A DNA stretch of 64,000 nt. Origin: an uncultured Pseudomonadota bacterium (GTDB taxonomy: Bacteria; Pseudomonadota; Alphaproteobacteria; RF32; CAG-239). Under the pieces are notes generated by a model, which worked only from the letters and a program-made list of their open reading frames with translations, did no database searches and was not told the DNA's origin. The position numbers and the translations under genes are program-made. Position 1 is the stretch's first letter. Every line of letters starts with the position of its first letter. The stretch spans positions 3,352-67,351 of the forward strand of contig CACWSG010000006.1 of the NCBI GenBank assembly GCA_902763535.1, written 5' to 3'. Shown one piece after another: positions 19,992-29,290 of this stretch.

Positions 19992-21140
19992 ATGTCTTTA
20001 CCCATAACTTTGGCAATCTTAACTTGGAATGCTCCTGAAACCTTGGAAAACACTTTATGGTCATACCAAAAATCCGGCATTTTGGACAATGTTGAGCAAA
20101 AATTGATTTTTATTCAAGCAAATGGCGAAAAAGAGCGCGCTATTGCCTCAGCTTATGGTTTTACCATTTTGAGTTCCGAACAAAACATCGGCATTCAGGC
20201 AGCTTATCAACAATTGCTGGCTCAAGCCACCGCTGAGCATTTTTTGTTTTGTGAGAATGATTGGTTTTGCATTGAAAATGCTCTCACCACTATTACGCGT
20301 CTGTCAACCGCCATTGATTTGATTAAAAATCATGCCGTCAAATGCGTACGCCTGCGCCACAAATATCAATATGGGCTGCCTTTGCACACTTTGCAATTTA
20401 TCGGCGATGAACTGAAACAACCATCGCATTTTTTGGATTGTATTCATTGGATTGAAGATCCTTCTTTGCAATATCCCGACTACGCCACCAAATTAACCCT
20501 CAATGGTGAAAATTGGTTTTTAGCCAAAGCTCAAAATGCCAATTTTACTAACAATCCTTGTCTGTACAACACCGATTGGCTGCGCAATCTCATGCGGCAA
20601 GATTACAGCGAATTTTCATCCGAAGCCAATCGCAAAACTATTGAACATTATGCAAAGAAAAAAAGAATTAACCCCAAGTTTGTGATGTTGGAAGCTTGCA
20701 TACAAACTTGGTGGTCGACACAGGATTTTCTTGTCGCACAAGGTGTGGGACTGTTTCAACACAATCCCCTGATTCGCATGCAAAAAAGCTATAATCTGCT
20801 GGTGGCAATCGGACAACAAAAAAATTTGGACAATCAATTGAACATAAACCGTCTTCCTCACAAAAATTGGCATCCCTGCTCAGATAAAACTGCTTTTGCT
20901 GATCTAGTCGCCGATTATGCCAAACAAACTTCCCTAAAATCCGACATAAAATACGCCAAATCGGTGCTATTTATTTATGAAGCTGCGCAAAAAGAATATC
21001 AACTTGCCGATTTGCAGTCATTCATCCAAAGGATGGAAAGTCTTTACCCTGGAAAAAAATCAATTTGCTTTATCTTATCCATAACGCCGAAGCCAAAACA
21101 CCTATCTATAACATTATCGATAAAAAAATCACTATTATAA
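19992..21140 (+). CDS. Hypothetical protein, possibly GT-A-type glycosyltransferase
   Basis: ITLAILTWNAPETLENTL resembles a GT2 N-terminus. Start moved to the ATG at 19992 behind AGGA. Confidence 0.5.
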   Translation: MSLPITLAILTWNAPETLENTLWSYQKSGILDNVEQKLIFIQANGEKERAIASAYGFTILSSEQNIGIQAAYQQLLAQATAEHFLFCENDWFCIENALTTITRLSTAIDLIKNHAVKCVRLRHKYQYGLPLHTLQFIGDELKQPSHFLDCIHWIEDPSLQYPDYATKLTLNGENWFLAKAQNANFTNNPCLYNTDWLRNLMRQDYSEFSSEANRKTIEHYAKKKRINPKFVMLEACIQTWWSTQDFLVAQGVGLFQHNPLIRMQKSYNLLVAIGQQKNLDNQLNINRLPHKNWHPCSDKTAFADLVADYAKQTSLKSDIKYAKSVLFIYEAAQKEYQLADLQSFIQRMESLYPGKKSICFILSITPKPKHLSITLSIKKSLL

Positions 21141-21560
21141 ACTTTGACAACAACGGGGCAGATAATGAACAGAATTGGAAAAATATCTTAAATAATTATC
21201 ACCTAAAAAGCAGTTGGCTTTGCTCAATTATCCAAATCATAAAAAAGTGTTTCAACCAAAAGTAATTGTTACATTTTTCGCTTGACTTATTTGACATTTT
21301 TTGTTAAGGATGGCGCTAATCCATTATTACTTAGATAAGCATTTTTCTTATTTTTTTTGGTTTAACATAAAATCCCGAAAACATCTTTTGTTTATAAGCA
21401 CCGAGCAAAAGGTTCAAGCAAGTCCGTCAAATCTTTGAGTTTGAAAAAGCTTACAATTTCGTGTTCGGTTTAAGCCAAAACATCTGATGCGATAAGTAGC
21501 GGCAAGCGAACATCAGCGGGTGTCTGTATTTTTTACAGGCAAAAAAGAGCCCTTCTCTTT

Positions 21561-21602
21561 CCCTCTGGACTTGGAAGCAGTCTTTGAGGGTTTTCTTTTT
21601 TT
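21561..21602 (+). terminator. Rho-independent terminator
   Basis: CCCTCTGGACT-TGGAAGC-AGTCTTTGAGGG followed by TTTTCTTTTTTT. Confidence 0.65.
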
Positions 21603-21680
21603 AAACTGCCAATCCGCCACAAGTTTTTTAAACCTGCAGCGGATTACTTTTCTAAATTAAACGCCTTGTAAGCTTTTTGT

Positions 21681-22424
21681 TTATTTCTTCGAAAATTTTT
21701 GCAATATATTTGCCAAATTTGCCGCCCACCACTCGGCACCATTTGCCAAATTATCAAATTCAGAGTCTCTGATTTCAATCAGACCATAGTCATAGCCTTT
21801 TTCTTCACCGCAAGTTATCACTGCTCCGGTAGAATATTTTTGCAAATCATAAGGAACATTAGCCCCGATTTTTTTATTGACATTTTGGCTCAACTCTCGA
21901 TACACAAAATCAGATAACTTATTGGGCTTATTCCACAAAATTCCGGCATTCCACGGACGATATTCCCCGCCTTTCAGCTGTGGCGTAAAACTATGAACCG
22001 AAAAAATCAGCGGCTTCTTTCCCAAGCTCTTAACATGAGAAATTTGCTCCTCCAATGCCCGATAATACGGATAATAGTACAAATCAAGCCGTTTATTTCT
22101 TTCTTTTTCATCCAAATTTTGATTTGCCGGAATCATTACCTTATCGCTGCTGGTAACTATTGACTCATTTTCATTGCTGCGGCGATTCAAATCAACCAAC
22201 AGCCGCGAATACTTGCCCAAAATTGCATAACAATTGAGCTTTTGTGCCAACAGACGAGCAACTTCACGCGCCCCCTTATCCCGTGCAATATGCGTATCCA
22301 AATCTGCCATACTCAATCCGAGTGAATTATACTCTGGGGGAATTTGTGCTCCGGCGTGTTCACAAGTAATAATCCACTCACTGTTTGATAAAGCGTTAAT
22401 TTCTTCAAATGCCTTATTTTCCAT
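21681..22424 (-). CDS. N-formylglutamate amidohydrolase (FGase) family protein
   Basis: ITCEHAGAQIP, LVDLNR and SVHSFTP motifs. Confidence 0.8.
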   Translation of the reverse strand: MENKAFEEINALSNSEWIITCEHAGAQIPPEYNSLGLSMADLDTHIARDKGAREVARLLAQKLNCYAILGKYSRLLVDLNRRSNENESIVTSSDKVMIPANQNLDEKERNKRLDLYYYPYYRALEEQISHVKSLGKKPLIFSVHSFTPQLKGGEYRPWNAGILWNKPNKLSDFVYRELSQNVNKKIGANVPYDLQKYSTGAVITCGEEKGYDYGLIEIRDSEFDNLANGAEWWAANLANILQKFSKK

Positions 22425-24126
22425 GAGATGCCTCTCTTATTCTTTTATTTAAGCAAGGATTGTAATAGCGCAACTTTTTGGTATATTCAAGTGCGTGTGC
22501 CACCATACGGGTATAATCCTGTTCTTGTTTGATTACTTCCGGTGCTACCGATCGTTTCATCGGGCGATAAGAATCATGCGGAACAACATCATAACCATAG
22601 TTGAGCGGATGCATAACAGTCTTATCATCTGAAAGCTCATTGTTATGCCATGTATATTTGTTCAACAAAACTCTGTTTACATGATGAGGATTATTCTCTG
22701 CTGCCGCTGCCACAAATTCACGATTAAATTGCAGATAAGCTGCCACAAATTTTTTATTAAAATTAGCGTTCATCGCCCGCATTTCAATCGTGTGCTGAGG
22801 CATTACATTAATCGTCTTATATTTATTGCCAAATGAAACCATTTCTTGCAACTCGGTCTTATCATCACAAAGCTCTACCATCAGTGCCAAAAACGGATAA
22901 TCGCGTTTGCCTTGTGAGCTCAAATTGCGGCTGACATAAGTTGCATAAAGCAAATTATTATCCCTGCGTTCCGGTGCCGCAAAAGCTCCGACTATCTCAT
23001 CTTCATGTTGCATCATACGCTTCACCAATCTTTTATAAGCCGCCATATCCAATCCGTCTGCGGCAAGATGTTGATGCAAAGAACAATGCTTATTCACATG
23101 ACCTTGATCAAAAGCATCAAATATTTGCAAACACATCTTTTCATCTTCTTTGTCATACATAACCCGACTGGCAAATTCCACCGGAAACAATCCGACATAG
23201 GGAACCAAGCTTTCATCACGCATAATAACTCCGGCAGATTCCTTATCGCCGTAAACCGATGGGTCTTTATTGGTAAAATAAAACTTCTGCCACCCATTCT
23301 TCTCTTTCAGATAATCCGCTAAAACATGATAATCGCTATACTGCTCCGGCACATAAAACTCCAGCTCAAACCCGCAAGGCCAATAAGCGTTTTGCTTCAT
23401 TGGAACATCTTTTTGCTCAATCTGAAACAAATCAGCTTGTTTGGCAGTATAATTATCTTCCTTTTGATAGGCCAAACTCAACCGATTACGCAAATCATGC
23501 AGTTTTTTAATATGTTGTTTGCGCGATTCAAAGGTATAATCATCATTGTAGATATATTCTTTGGCAACATGAGCACGCAACCATGTATCTGCTTGCTTTT
23601 GGGCTTGACGATAAACATTATTTTCGTTGGCAATATCCGCAAAATTGTCATCCAAAAAAGCAACCAAATCTTTAGCCACCATAAGTCCGTGCTTGCTGGA
23701 ATACGGCATATTGGCTTTGACCGGCCAATAACCGAATTCATTATTATGATCTTCTTTAGTGCCGAAACTATATATAAATTGTCTGAACTCAAAACCGAAA
23801 GTGTGCACCCCATCCAACAAATCACGCAACTTGCCATCTTTCGTGTTGGCATATTTTTTGGCATCCATTTGCGATATTTCCGGTTTATCTACATCATAAT
23901 CATTAAGCCACTCCTGCATATCAGCAGCAAATTCATGAAACTTTTCGCTCGCTTTTTCACCATAATTTTTAGCAAAATATTCCACCATACCGGCAAACGG
24001 TGCAATCATATTATCAACATGCCAGTCATAGTAAAATTGTTTAAATTTCTTACCGCCCACTAACGCAAAATAATCAGCGAAAGCATTGTTAACTTCTGTA
24101 ACCGTATTATCCAAATTATTATTCAT
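22414..24126 (-). CDS. Two-domain protein: unknown N-terminal half plus an Amidoligase_2-like (GS/GCS-fold) C-terminal half
   Basis: Ordered motifs GFELEF, RDESL..VEFASRV, CSLHQHL and TIEMRAM. Start moved to MNNNLDN behind AAGAGGAA. The stop overlaps the FGase start by 11 nt. Confidence 0.6.
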   Translation of the reverse strand: MNNNLDNTVTEVNNAFADYFALVGGKKFKQFYYDWHVDNMIAPFAGMVEYFAKNYGEKASEKFHEFAADMQEWLNDYDVDKPEISQMDAKKYANTKDGKLRDLLDGVHTFGFEFRQFIYSFGTKEDHNNEFGYWPVKANMPYSSKHGLMVAKDLVAFLDDNFADIANENNVYRQAQKQADTWLRAHVAKEYIYNDDYTFESRKQHIKKLHDLRNRLSLAYQKEDNYTAKQADLFQIEQKDVPMKQNAYWPCGFELEFYVPEQYSDYHVLADYLKEKNGWQKFYFTNKDPSVYGDKESAGVIMRDESLVPYVGLFPVEFASRVMYDKEDEKMCLQIFDAFDQGHVNKHCSLHQHLAADGLDMAAYKRLVKRMMQHEDEIVGAFAAPERRDNNLLYATYVSRNLSSQGKRDYPFLALMVELCDDKTELQEMVSFGNKYKTINVMPQHTIEMRAMNANFNKKFVAAYLQFNREFVAAAAENNPHHVNRVLLNKYTWHNNELSDDKTVMHPLNYGYDVVPHDSYRPMKRSVAPEVIKQEQDYTRMVAHALEYTKKLRYYNPCLNKRIREASHGK

Positions 24127-24164
24127 TGTATTCCTCTTGATTATCATTTTTTATTCAAATTAAA

Positions 24165-24216
24165 CATAAAAAAACAGAAATGTGTCGGCGCTCACCCCCT
24201 GAGCACCCACATTTCT
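24165..24216 (-). terminator. Rho-independent terminator after the small ORF 24240-24485
   Basis: AGAAATGTG...CACATTTCT 9-bp stem with a nested GCTCA/TGAGC, then a T-run on the minus strand. Confidence 0.7.
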
Positions 24217-24239
24217 GCACAGCAGACAAATAAAAATGC

Positions 24240-24485
24240 TCAGAGGCCGATAAACAAGAAGTAAATGGAAATATAAAAGAAAATAGCGCAAGCCAAACCG
24301 AAACCGCTTCTAAAAGCAGCCGATATATCAAAAATACTAACTAAATGACTTGCGTTTAACATTAATCTCTCTTTTTTTTCAATCAACCTTTTAAGGTTAT
24401 ATAGTTCAAATCCTTCTGTCAATAAAAAAATTATGACATCTGAAAAAAATTTAATAATTATACTTCTCAAATAACAAAAACTCAT
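24240..24485 (-). CDS. Small hypothetical membrane protein
   Basis: Hydrophobic C-terminus and a dedicated terminator downstream. Start uncertain. Confidence 0.4.
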   Translation of the reverse strand: MSFCYLRSIIIKFFSDVIIFLLTEGFELYNLKRLIEKKERLMLNASHLVSIFDISAAFRSGFGLACAIFFYISIYFLFIGL

Positions 24486-24523
24486 CTATATTTGCTTTAT
24501 TGCAATTATAGGAAATACGCTCC

Positions 24524-25342
24524 ATGAACAAAAACGAAATCATCACTCTTGAAAACAATCACGCTCAATGTCAAATTTCACTATTCGGCGGACAGGTTTT
24601 GTCTTATCGCCCCAAAGGACAAACTCATGATGTCTTTTGGTTGGGTAACTTAAACAAATTTGATGCTTCCTCTGCCATTCGCGGCGGCATTCCGGTTTGT
24701 TGGCCGCGATTTGCTGCCGAAGAACTTAACGCTCATCTCCCGCGCCATGGTTTTGCCCGTATTTCGAATTGGCAACTGCAACATTTTGATACTAATGAAA
24801 ATCAAACCGAAGTTGTTTTACATCTTCCTCTTGATAAAAAATACAATACTCTTCTTTCCGCAACTTTATCAATAAAAATAACTGATCAATTTGAATGTTG
24901 CTTAGAAACCACCAATCATGGCTCTCAGGAATTCAAATTCAGTGAAGCTCTTCACGCTTATTTCAATGTCGGCAATCGTGACACCACTATCTTAAAAGGC
25001 TTTAACAATTGTCGCTACAAAAGTTCACTCGATCAACAAATCTATACTCAAAAGGGCGACCTGATGATTACCGATGAATTTGATGCCGCCTTTTTAGACC
25101 ACCACAATCACATAGAAATCATAGACAAAGCTTTTAATCGTGTCATCACATTGGAAAAAAGCGGTTCTGATACAACCATTGTTTGGAATTCGGGTAAAGA
25201 TTTAGCTGAAATGAGCCCCGATCAATATAAAAATTTTATTTGCGTTGAACCCGCCAATCAAGGCGCTTCATTTATAACACTCGCCCCTTTACAAAAGCAT
25301 CGTCTGTCTATGATTGTGCGGGTTAATTCTTTGAATTTTTAA
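24524..25342 (+). CDS. D-hexose-6-phosphate mutarotase (aldose 1-epimerase family, YeaD-like)
   Basis: IRGGIPVCWPRF, HGFAR and CVEPAN motifs. Confidence 0.85.
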   Translation: MNKNEIITLENNHAQCQISLFGGQVLSYRPKGQTHDVFWLGNLNKFDASSAIRGGIPVCWPRFAAEELNAHLPRHGFARISNWQLQHFDTNENQTEVVLHLPLDKKYNTLLSATLSIKITDQFECCLETTNHGSQEFKFSEALHAYFNVGNRDTTILKGFNNCRYKSSLDQQIYTQKGDLMITDEFDAAFLDHHNHIEIIDKAFNRVITLEKSGSDTTIVWNSGKDLAEMSPDQYKNFICVEPANQGASFITLAPLQKHRLSMIVRVNSLNF

Positions 25343-25365
25343 ATATGATACCGACAAAAGATAAA

Positions 25366-26334
25366 TCAAAACCTTTTGTTTAATTCCCAGTTCCAAGCTG
25401 TCTGAATAATGTCTTTAATATCGGTATATCGGGGTTGCCAGCCTAAAATTTCCTTTGCCTTTGCGTTATTAGCAAACAATTTCGCCGGATCACCGGCACG
25501 ACGCTCCACATACTCAATCGGACATTTTTTGCCTGATACCGTTTCTGCCGCAGCAATAATTTCTTTAACCGAAGTCCCCTTACCGGTTCCCAAATTGATA
25601 CACCCGCAATATGAATTTAACTTTTCGACAGCCAATCGATGTGCCAAAGCCAAATCCTCCACATGAATGTAATCGCGAATACAGGTTCCGTCCGGTGTGT
25701 CATAATCCGTACCAAAAACCTTAATCTCTTTTCTTTCCCCTTTGATAGCTTTTAATACCAAAGGAATAAGATGAGTTTCCGGATTGTGGCTCTCACCGAT
25801 TAAACCATCTGCCGAACAACCGGCGGCATTAAAATAGCGCAAAGCAATATATTGCAAACCATAAGCTTTTCTATAATCGGCAAAAATCTGCTCTATCATC
25901 AATTTGGTGCGCCCGTAAGGATTAATCGGGTTTTGCGGATGTTGCTCATCAATCGGCGTATATTTAGGCTCGCCATAAGTTGCACAACTGCTCGAAAAAA
26001 CTATTTTCTTCACCCCATGCGTCAACATTGCACGCAACAAATTGAGCGTGCCGACTACATTATTGTAATAATATTTTTCCGGATTTTCCACACTTTCGCC
26101 GACATAAGCAAATGCCGCAAAATGAACAACCGCCTCAATTTGATTATCCTTAAAAATGTTGTCTAAAGAATCTTTATCCATTAAATCGGCGCATACAAAT
26201 TTTGCGCGCTCATCAACGGCTTGGCGATGTCCGTATACCAGGTTATCCGCCACAACAACCTCATAGCCGTTGTCAAGCAGGTGTTTAACCGTATGAGAGC
26301 CGATATAACCGGCACCTCCCATTACTAAAATCAT
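25366..26334 (-). CDS. galE: UDP-glucose 4-epimerase
   Basis: GGAGYIGSH motif and a YGRTK catalytic motif. Overlaps the ugd stop by 4 nt. Confidence 0.92.
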   Translation of the reverse strand: MILVMGGAGYIGSHTVKHLLDNGYEVVVADNLVYGHRQAVDERAKFVCADLMDKDSLDNIFKDNQIEAVVHFAAFAYVGESVENPEKYYYNNVVGTLNLLRAMLTHGVKKIVFSSSCATYGEPKYTPIDEQHPQNPINPYGRTKLMIEQIFADYRKAYGLQYIALRYFNAAGCSADGLIGESHNPETHLIPLVLKAIKGERKEIKVFGTDYDTPDGTCIRDYIHVEDLALAHRLAVEKLNSYCGCINLGTGKGTSVKEIIAAAETVSGKKCPIEYVERRAGDPAKLFANNAKAKEILGWQPRYTDIKDIIQTAWNWELNKRF

Positions 26335-27668
26335 GCCACCTCCTGCAAATGACGATCTTTGTTTTCAGCTTTTTTGCCGATACCCTGATATCTAAAACCA
26401 TTAGCAACTGCTTTTTCAGCATCCAACAAATTGCGGCAATCGACAATAACTTTGTGGCGCATCAAATTGGCAGCTCTTGCCAGATCCAAATCCTTAAACT
26501 CATTCCACTCAGTCAATATAGCCAAAACATCTGCGTCTTTTATGCAAGCATACATATCATCAGCATAACCGATTTTATCGCCGACCAACTGACAAGCCGT
26601 TCCCATTGCCTTGGGATCATAAGCAGTAATATTGGCATTATTTTCCAACAGATTATAAACTATTTCCATTGCCGGACTCTCGCGACAGTCATCAGTTCCG
26701 TTTTTAAAAGCCAAACCTAAAACGGCAATTTTCGGCTTTTCAATTCCTTTAACCGCTTCCAAAATTCTTGCAGCCATTTGTTGTTTGCGCTTAACATTGC
26801 CGGATATGGCCGCATTTATCAATGTCATCTCAACATCATTTTGCCGTGCCATATAAGACATTGCCATAGTGTCTTTGGGAAAACAGCTCCCGCCATACCC
26901 CGGTCCCGGGTTCAAAAACTTCGGTCCGATACGGCTGTCTAATCCCATTCCTTTGGCTACTTCTGTAATATCTGCACCGGTTTTTTCGCAAAAATCAGCC
27001 ATCTCATTGATATAATGAATCTTAATTGCCAAAAAGGCATTTGAGGCATATTTGATTGTTTCACTGGAACGCCGCTTTACAAACAACATTTGTGTCTTGT
27101 CTCTAAAAGGCTCATAAAGCTTTTTAATCACATTACGAGCTTTTTCGGTATTTGCTCCAACCACAATGCGATCAGGATGGAAAAAGTCATGCACCGCAAA
27201 TCCTTCACGCAAAAACTCCGGCAATGATACCACATCAAAATCAGCAAACGGATTTTTCTTGGCAATCAGGGCTTCCACATCATCACCTGTCCCCACCGGA
27301 ACGGTCGATTTGGTCGCAACCACGGTATAACCTTGCAGATATTCGGCCAGCTCGGTCGCCGCGGCATGGATATATTTCATATCAGCTTCTTTGGTAACCG
27401 GATGCGGCGGTGTGCCCACAGCAATGATTACTATATCTGCATTCTCCACTCCCTCTTTCATCGAGGTTGTAAATCTTATCCGTCCGGCCTTGGCATTCTT
27501 ATGAAACAGTTCTTCCAAACCATCTTCATAAAGAGTAATTTTACCTGCTTGCAAAGCCTCTATTTTCTTTGGTTCTCTGTCCACACAAATAACTTCGTTG
27601 CCTAATTCGGCCAAACCGACACCGGTCGGCAATCCGACATAACCTGTTCCGATAATTCCTACTTTCAT
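26331..27668 (-). CDS. ugd: UDP-glucose 6-dehydrogenase
   Basis: GTGYVGL motif and GGSCFPKD catalytic Cys motif. Confidence 0.92.
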   Translation of the reverse strand: MKVGIIGTGYVGLPTGVGLAELGNEVICVDREPKKIEALQAGKITLYEDGLEELFHKNAKAGRIRFTTSMKEGVENADIVIIAVGTPPHPVTKEADMKYIHAAATELAEYLQGYTVVATKSTVPVGTGDDVEALIAKKNPFADFDVVSLPEFLREGFAVHDFFHPDRIVVGANTEKARNVIKKLYEPFRDKTQMLFVKRRSSETIKYASNAFLAIKIHYINEMADFCEKTGADITEVAKGMGLDSRIGPKFLNPGPGYGGSCFPKDTMAMSYMARQNDVEMTLINAAISGNVKRKQQMAARILEAVKGIEKPKIAVLGLAFKNGTDDCRESPAMEIVYNLLENNANITAYDPKAMGTACQLVGDKIGYADDMYACIKDADVLAILTEWNEFKDLDLARAANLMRHKVIVDCRNLLDAEKAVANGFRYQGIGKKAENKDRHLQEVA

Positions 27669-27905
27669 TATTCTTATCGCCCTTTTATAAATTAATGCAC
27701 ACTAAAAGCAATGCATTGCATAACCTTGCTTTCTAATATACCCGTATCAGTATTCCAGTCAACCATTTTTTACTGCAAAACACAATACTTCATGCTCAAA
27801 ATTTTTGGTTAATAATCTTAAAATATTCGTTGGATTTTATTTATAAAGTTGTACCCTGTACAGGCAGTTGCAATATTTTGCAATAACTTTATGAAAGGGA
27901 AAAAT

Positions 27906-28076
27906 ATGTTAAATACAATTTGTTATTGGTTGGTAGTTATAGGTGCTTTAAACTATGGTTTGATGGCTTTCGGATATAATTTCTTGGAAAAATTGCCTGC
28001 CAATATCGGTCAAATCGTATCGTTAGCTGTTGCTGTTGCCGCTATTTTGCACATCATTGGTAGTTTGAAAAAATAG
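27906..28076 (+). CDS. DUF378 small membrane protein
   Basis: VVIGALNYGLMAFGYNFLE signature. Start set to the internal ATG at 27906. Confidence 0.75.
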   Translation: MLNTICYWLVVIGALNYGLMAFGYNFLEKLPANIGQIVSLAVAVAAILHIIGSLKK

Positions 28077-28100
28077 TTTTGATACAGTTTAAAACCTTAC

Positions 28101-28131
28101 AAAAAGCTTGATGTAATATCGAGCTTTTTTT
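28101..28131. terminator. Bidirectional hairpin terminator
   Basis: AAAAAGCTTGAT-GTAAT-ATCGAGCTTTTTTT. Confidence 0.7.
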
Positions 28132-28162
28132 ATTGGCTGCGATACGCTTGCCGTTTTTAATA
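28131..28162 (-). repeat. Decayed copy A of the tRNA-Gln 3' end (att-like scar)
   Basis: TATTGGCTGCGATACGCTTGCCGTTTTTAA aligns with copy B and with the reverse complement of the tRNA-Gln 3' end. Confidence 0.55.
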
Positions 28163-28247
28163 AAAATACATTTTTTTACATTATTTAGCAAAATGTTAAG
28201 TGTTTTAGTCTTACATTCAGCTTGTGTAAACAACAAGAGTAAAAAAT

Positions 28248-29168
28248 ATGAATTTATTATCATCAATCGGCTATCAGTACCTGAAAGAAAATTTACTGAA
28301 ATTAAATCCTGACTTTAACAACATTAACATCGAAACCCAAACTTTTCCCGATGGGGAACATTATTGGCGGATTGAAAATTCTTTAGCTGTTAAAGGTAAG
28401 CCCGCCGTGTATATTTGCGGAACGGTTGATGATAAGGCTATTTTTGAAAGCTACAACATAGCCTGCAGTTTGATAAATGAAGGATGTTCGTCCTTACACT
28501 TGGTCGTTCCTTATTTCGGCTACTCGACAATGGAGCGTGCGACCAATGCCGGTGAAGCAGTCACCGCCAAAAATATCGCTCGCTTATTCAGCTCTATTCC
28601 CTTGGCCGCACAAGGAAATTATATTTATTTGGTTGATGTACATTCTCCCAGTATGCAATATTATTTTGAACAAAACATTCACCCTGTTCATCTGACAACC
28701 GAACCGGTGATTGAAAAAATAATTTCGGATATTCGCGCTGAGTGTAAAGATATTGTATTAGCCTCGGCGGATATAGGACGTGTCAAACAGATTGAAAAAA
28801 TGAGCAAGCAATTGCATATTGATAATGCTTACATTATCAAAGAGCGTATTTCCGGCTCAGAAACAGTTGTTAAAGCACTAAAAGCCGAAGTCAAGGATAA
28901 AAATGTTATCATTTATGATGATATGATTCGCTCCGGAAGTTCTGTTATAAATGCGGCAAAAGCCTATAAAGAAGCCGGCGCAAAAAATATTTATGTTGTT
29001 TGTGTACATTGCGTTTTTTCCAGCGATGCCCTTGCTAAACTCAAAGAAAACAACCTGATAAAAAATGTCTATTGTACCAACACCCATTCATGTTGCCAAA
29101 ATATGCAAGATGATTTTTTAAAAGTTTACGACATCTCCGAAATAATTTTGGACGGCTTAAGAATATAA
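28248..29168 (+). CDS. Divergent ribose-phosphate pyrophosphokinase (Prs) homolog
   Basis: Overall Prs architecture (FPDGE, VVPYFGYS, DDMIRSGSS), but it has STMER where the canonical motif is ARQDR. Confidence 0.7.
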   Translation: MNLLSSIGYQYLKENLLKLNPDFNNINIETQTFPDGEHYWRIENSLAVKGKPAVYICGTVDDKAIFESYNIACSLINEGCSSLHLVVPYFGYSTMERATNAGEAVTAKNIARLFSSIPLAAQGNYIYLVDVHSPSMQYYFEQNIHPVHLTTEPVIEKIISDIRAECKDIVLASADIGRVKQIEKMSKQLHIDNAYIIKERISGSETVVKALKAEVKDKNVIIYDDMIRSGSSVINAAKAYKEAGAKNIYVVCVHCVFSSDALAKLKENNLIKNVYCTNTHSCCQNMQDDFLKVYDISEIILDGLRI

Positions 29169-29290
29169 GACCTAAAAATAAGCAATCTCTCAGCTGAAAT
29201 TTGAGCTTTTATAAATCGGCTTATTTTGTTGCAAGAAGATTGCTGCCTTGTTATAGTTACAATATTCCATAATGATTTAGGAGAAAATAT

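Noticed and set aside
21282-21602. Possibility that this spacer (or 35340-35615) encodes tmRNA, RNase P RNA or SRP RNA
   Set aside because: I found no alanine-type acceptor/T-arm with a tag ORF ending in hydrophobic residues, no GGAAAGTCCGGGC / ACAGAA..CGGCTTA P4 pair, and no GGAAG...AGCAG SRP motif. Both regions are kept only as unclassified candidates.
23005-24063. 245-aa and other ORFs antisense or out of frame within the amidoligase-like gene
   Set aside because: Their translations are Ile/Phe-rich, typical of the antisense strand of AT-rich coding DNA. The sense frame carries ordered catalytic motifs.
28054-28266. 70-aa minus-strand ORF spanning the DUF378/prs spacer
   Set aside because: It covers a terminator hairpin and the att-like repeat, has no RBS, and is AT-rich low-complexity.
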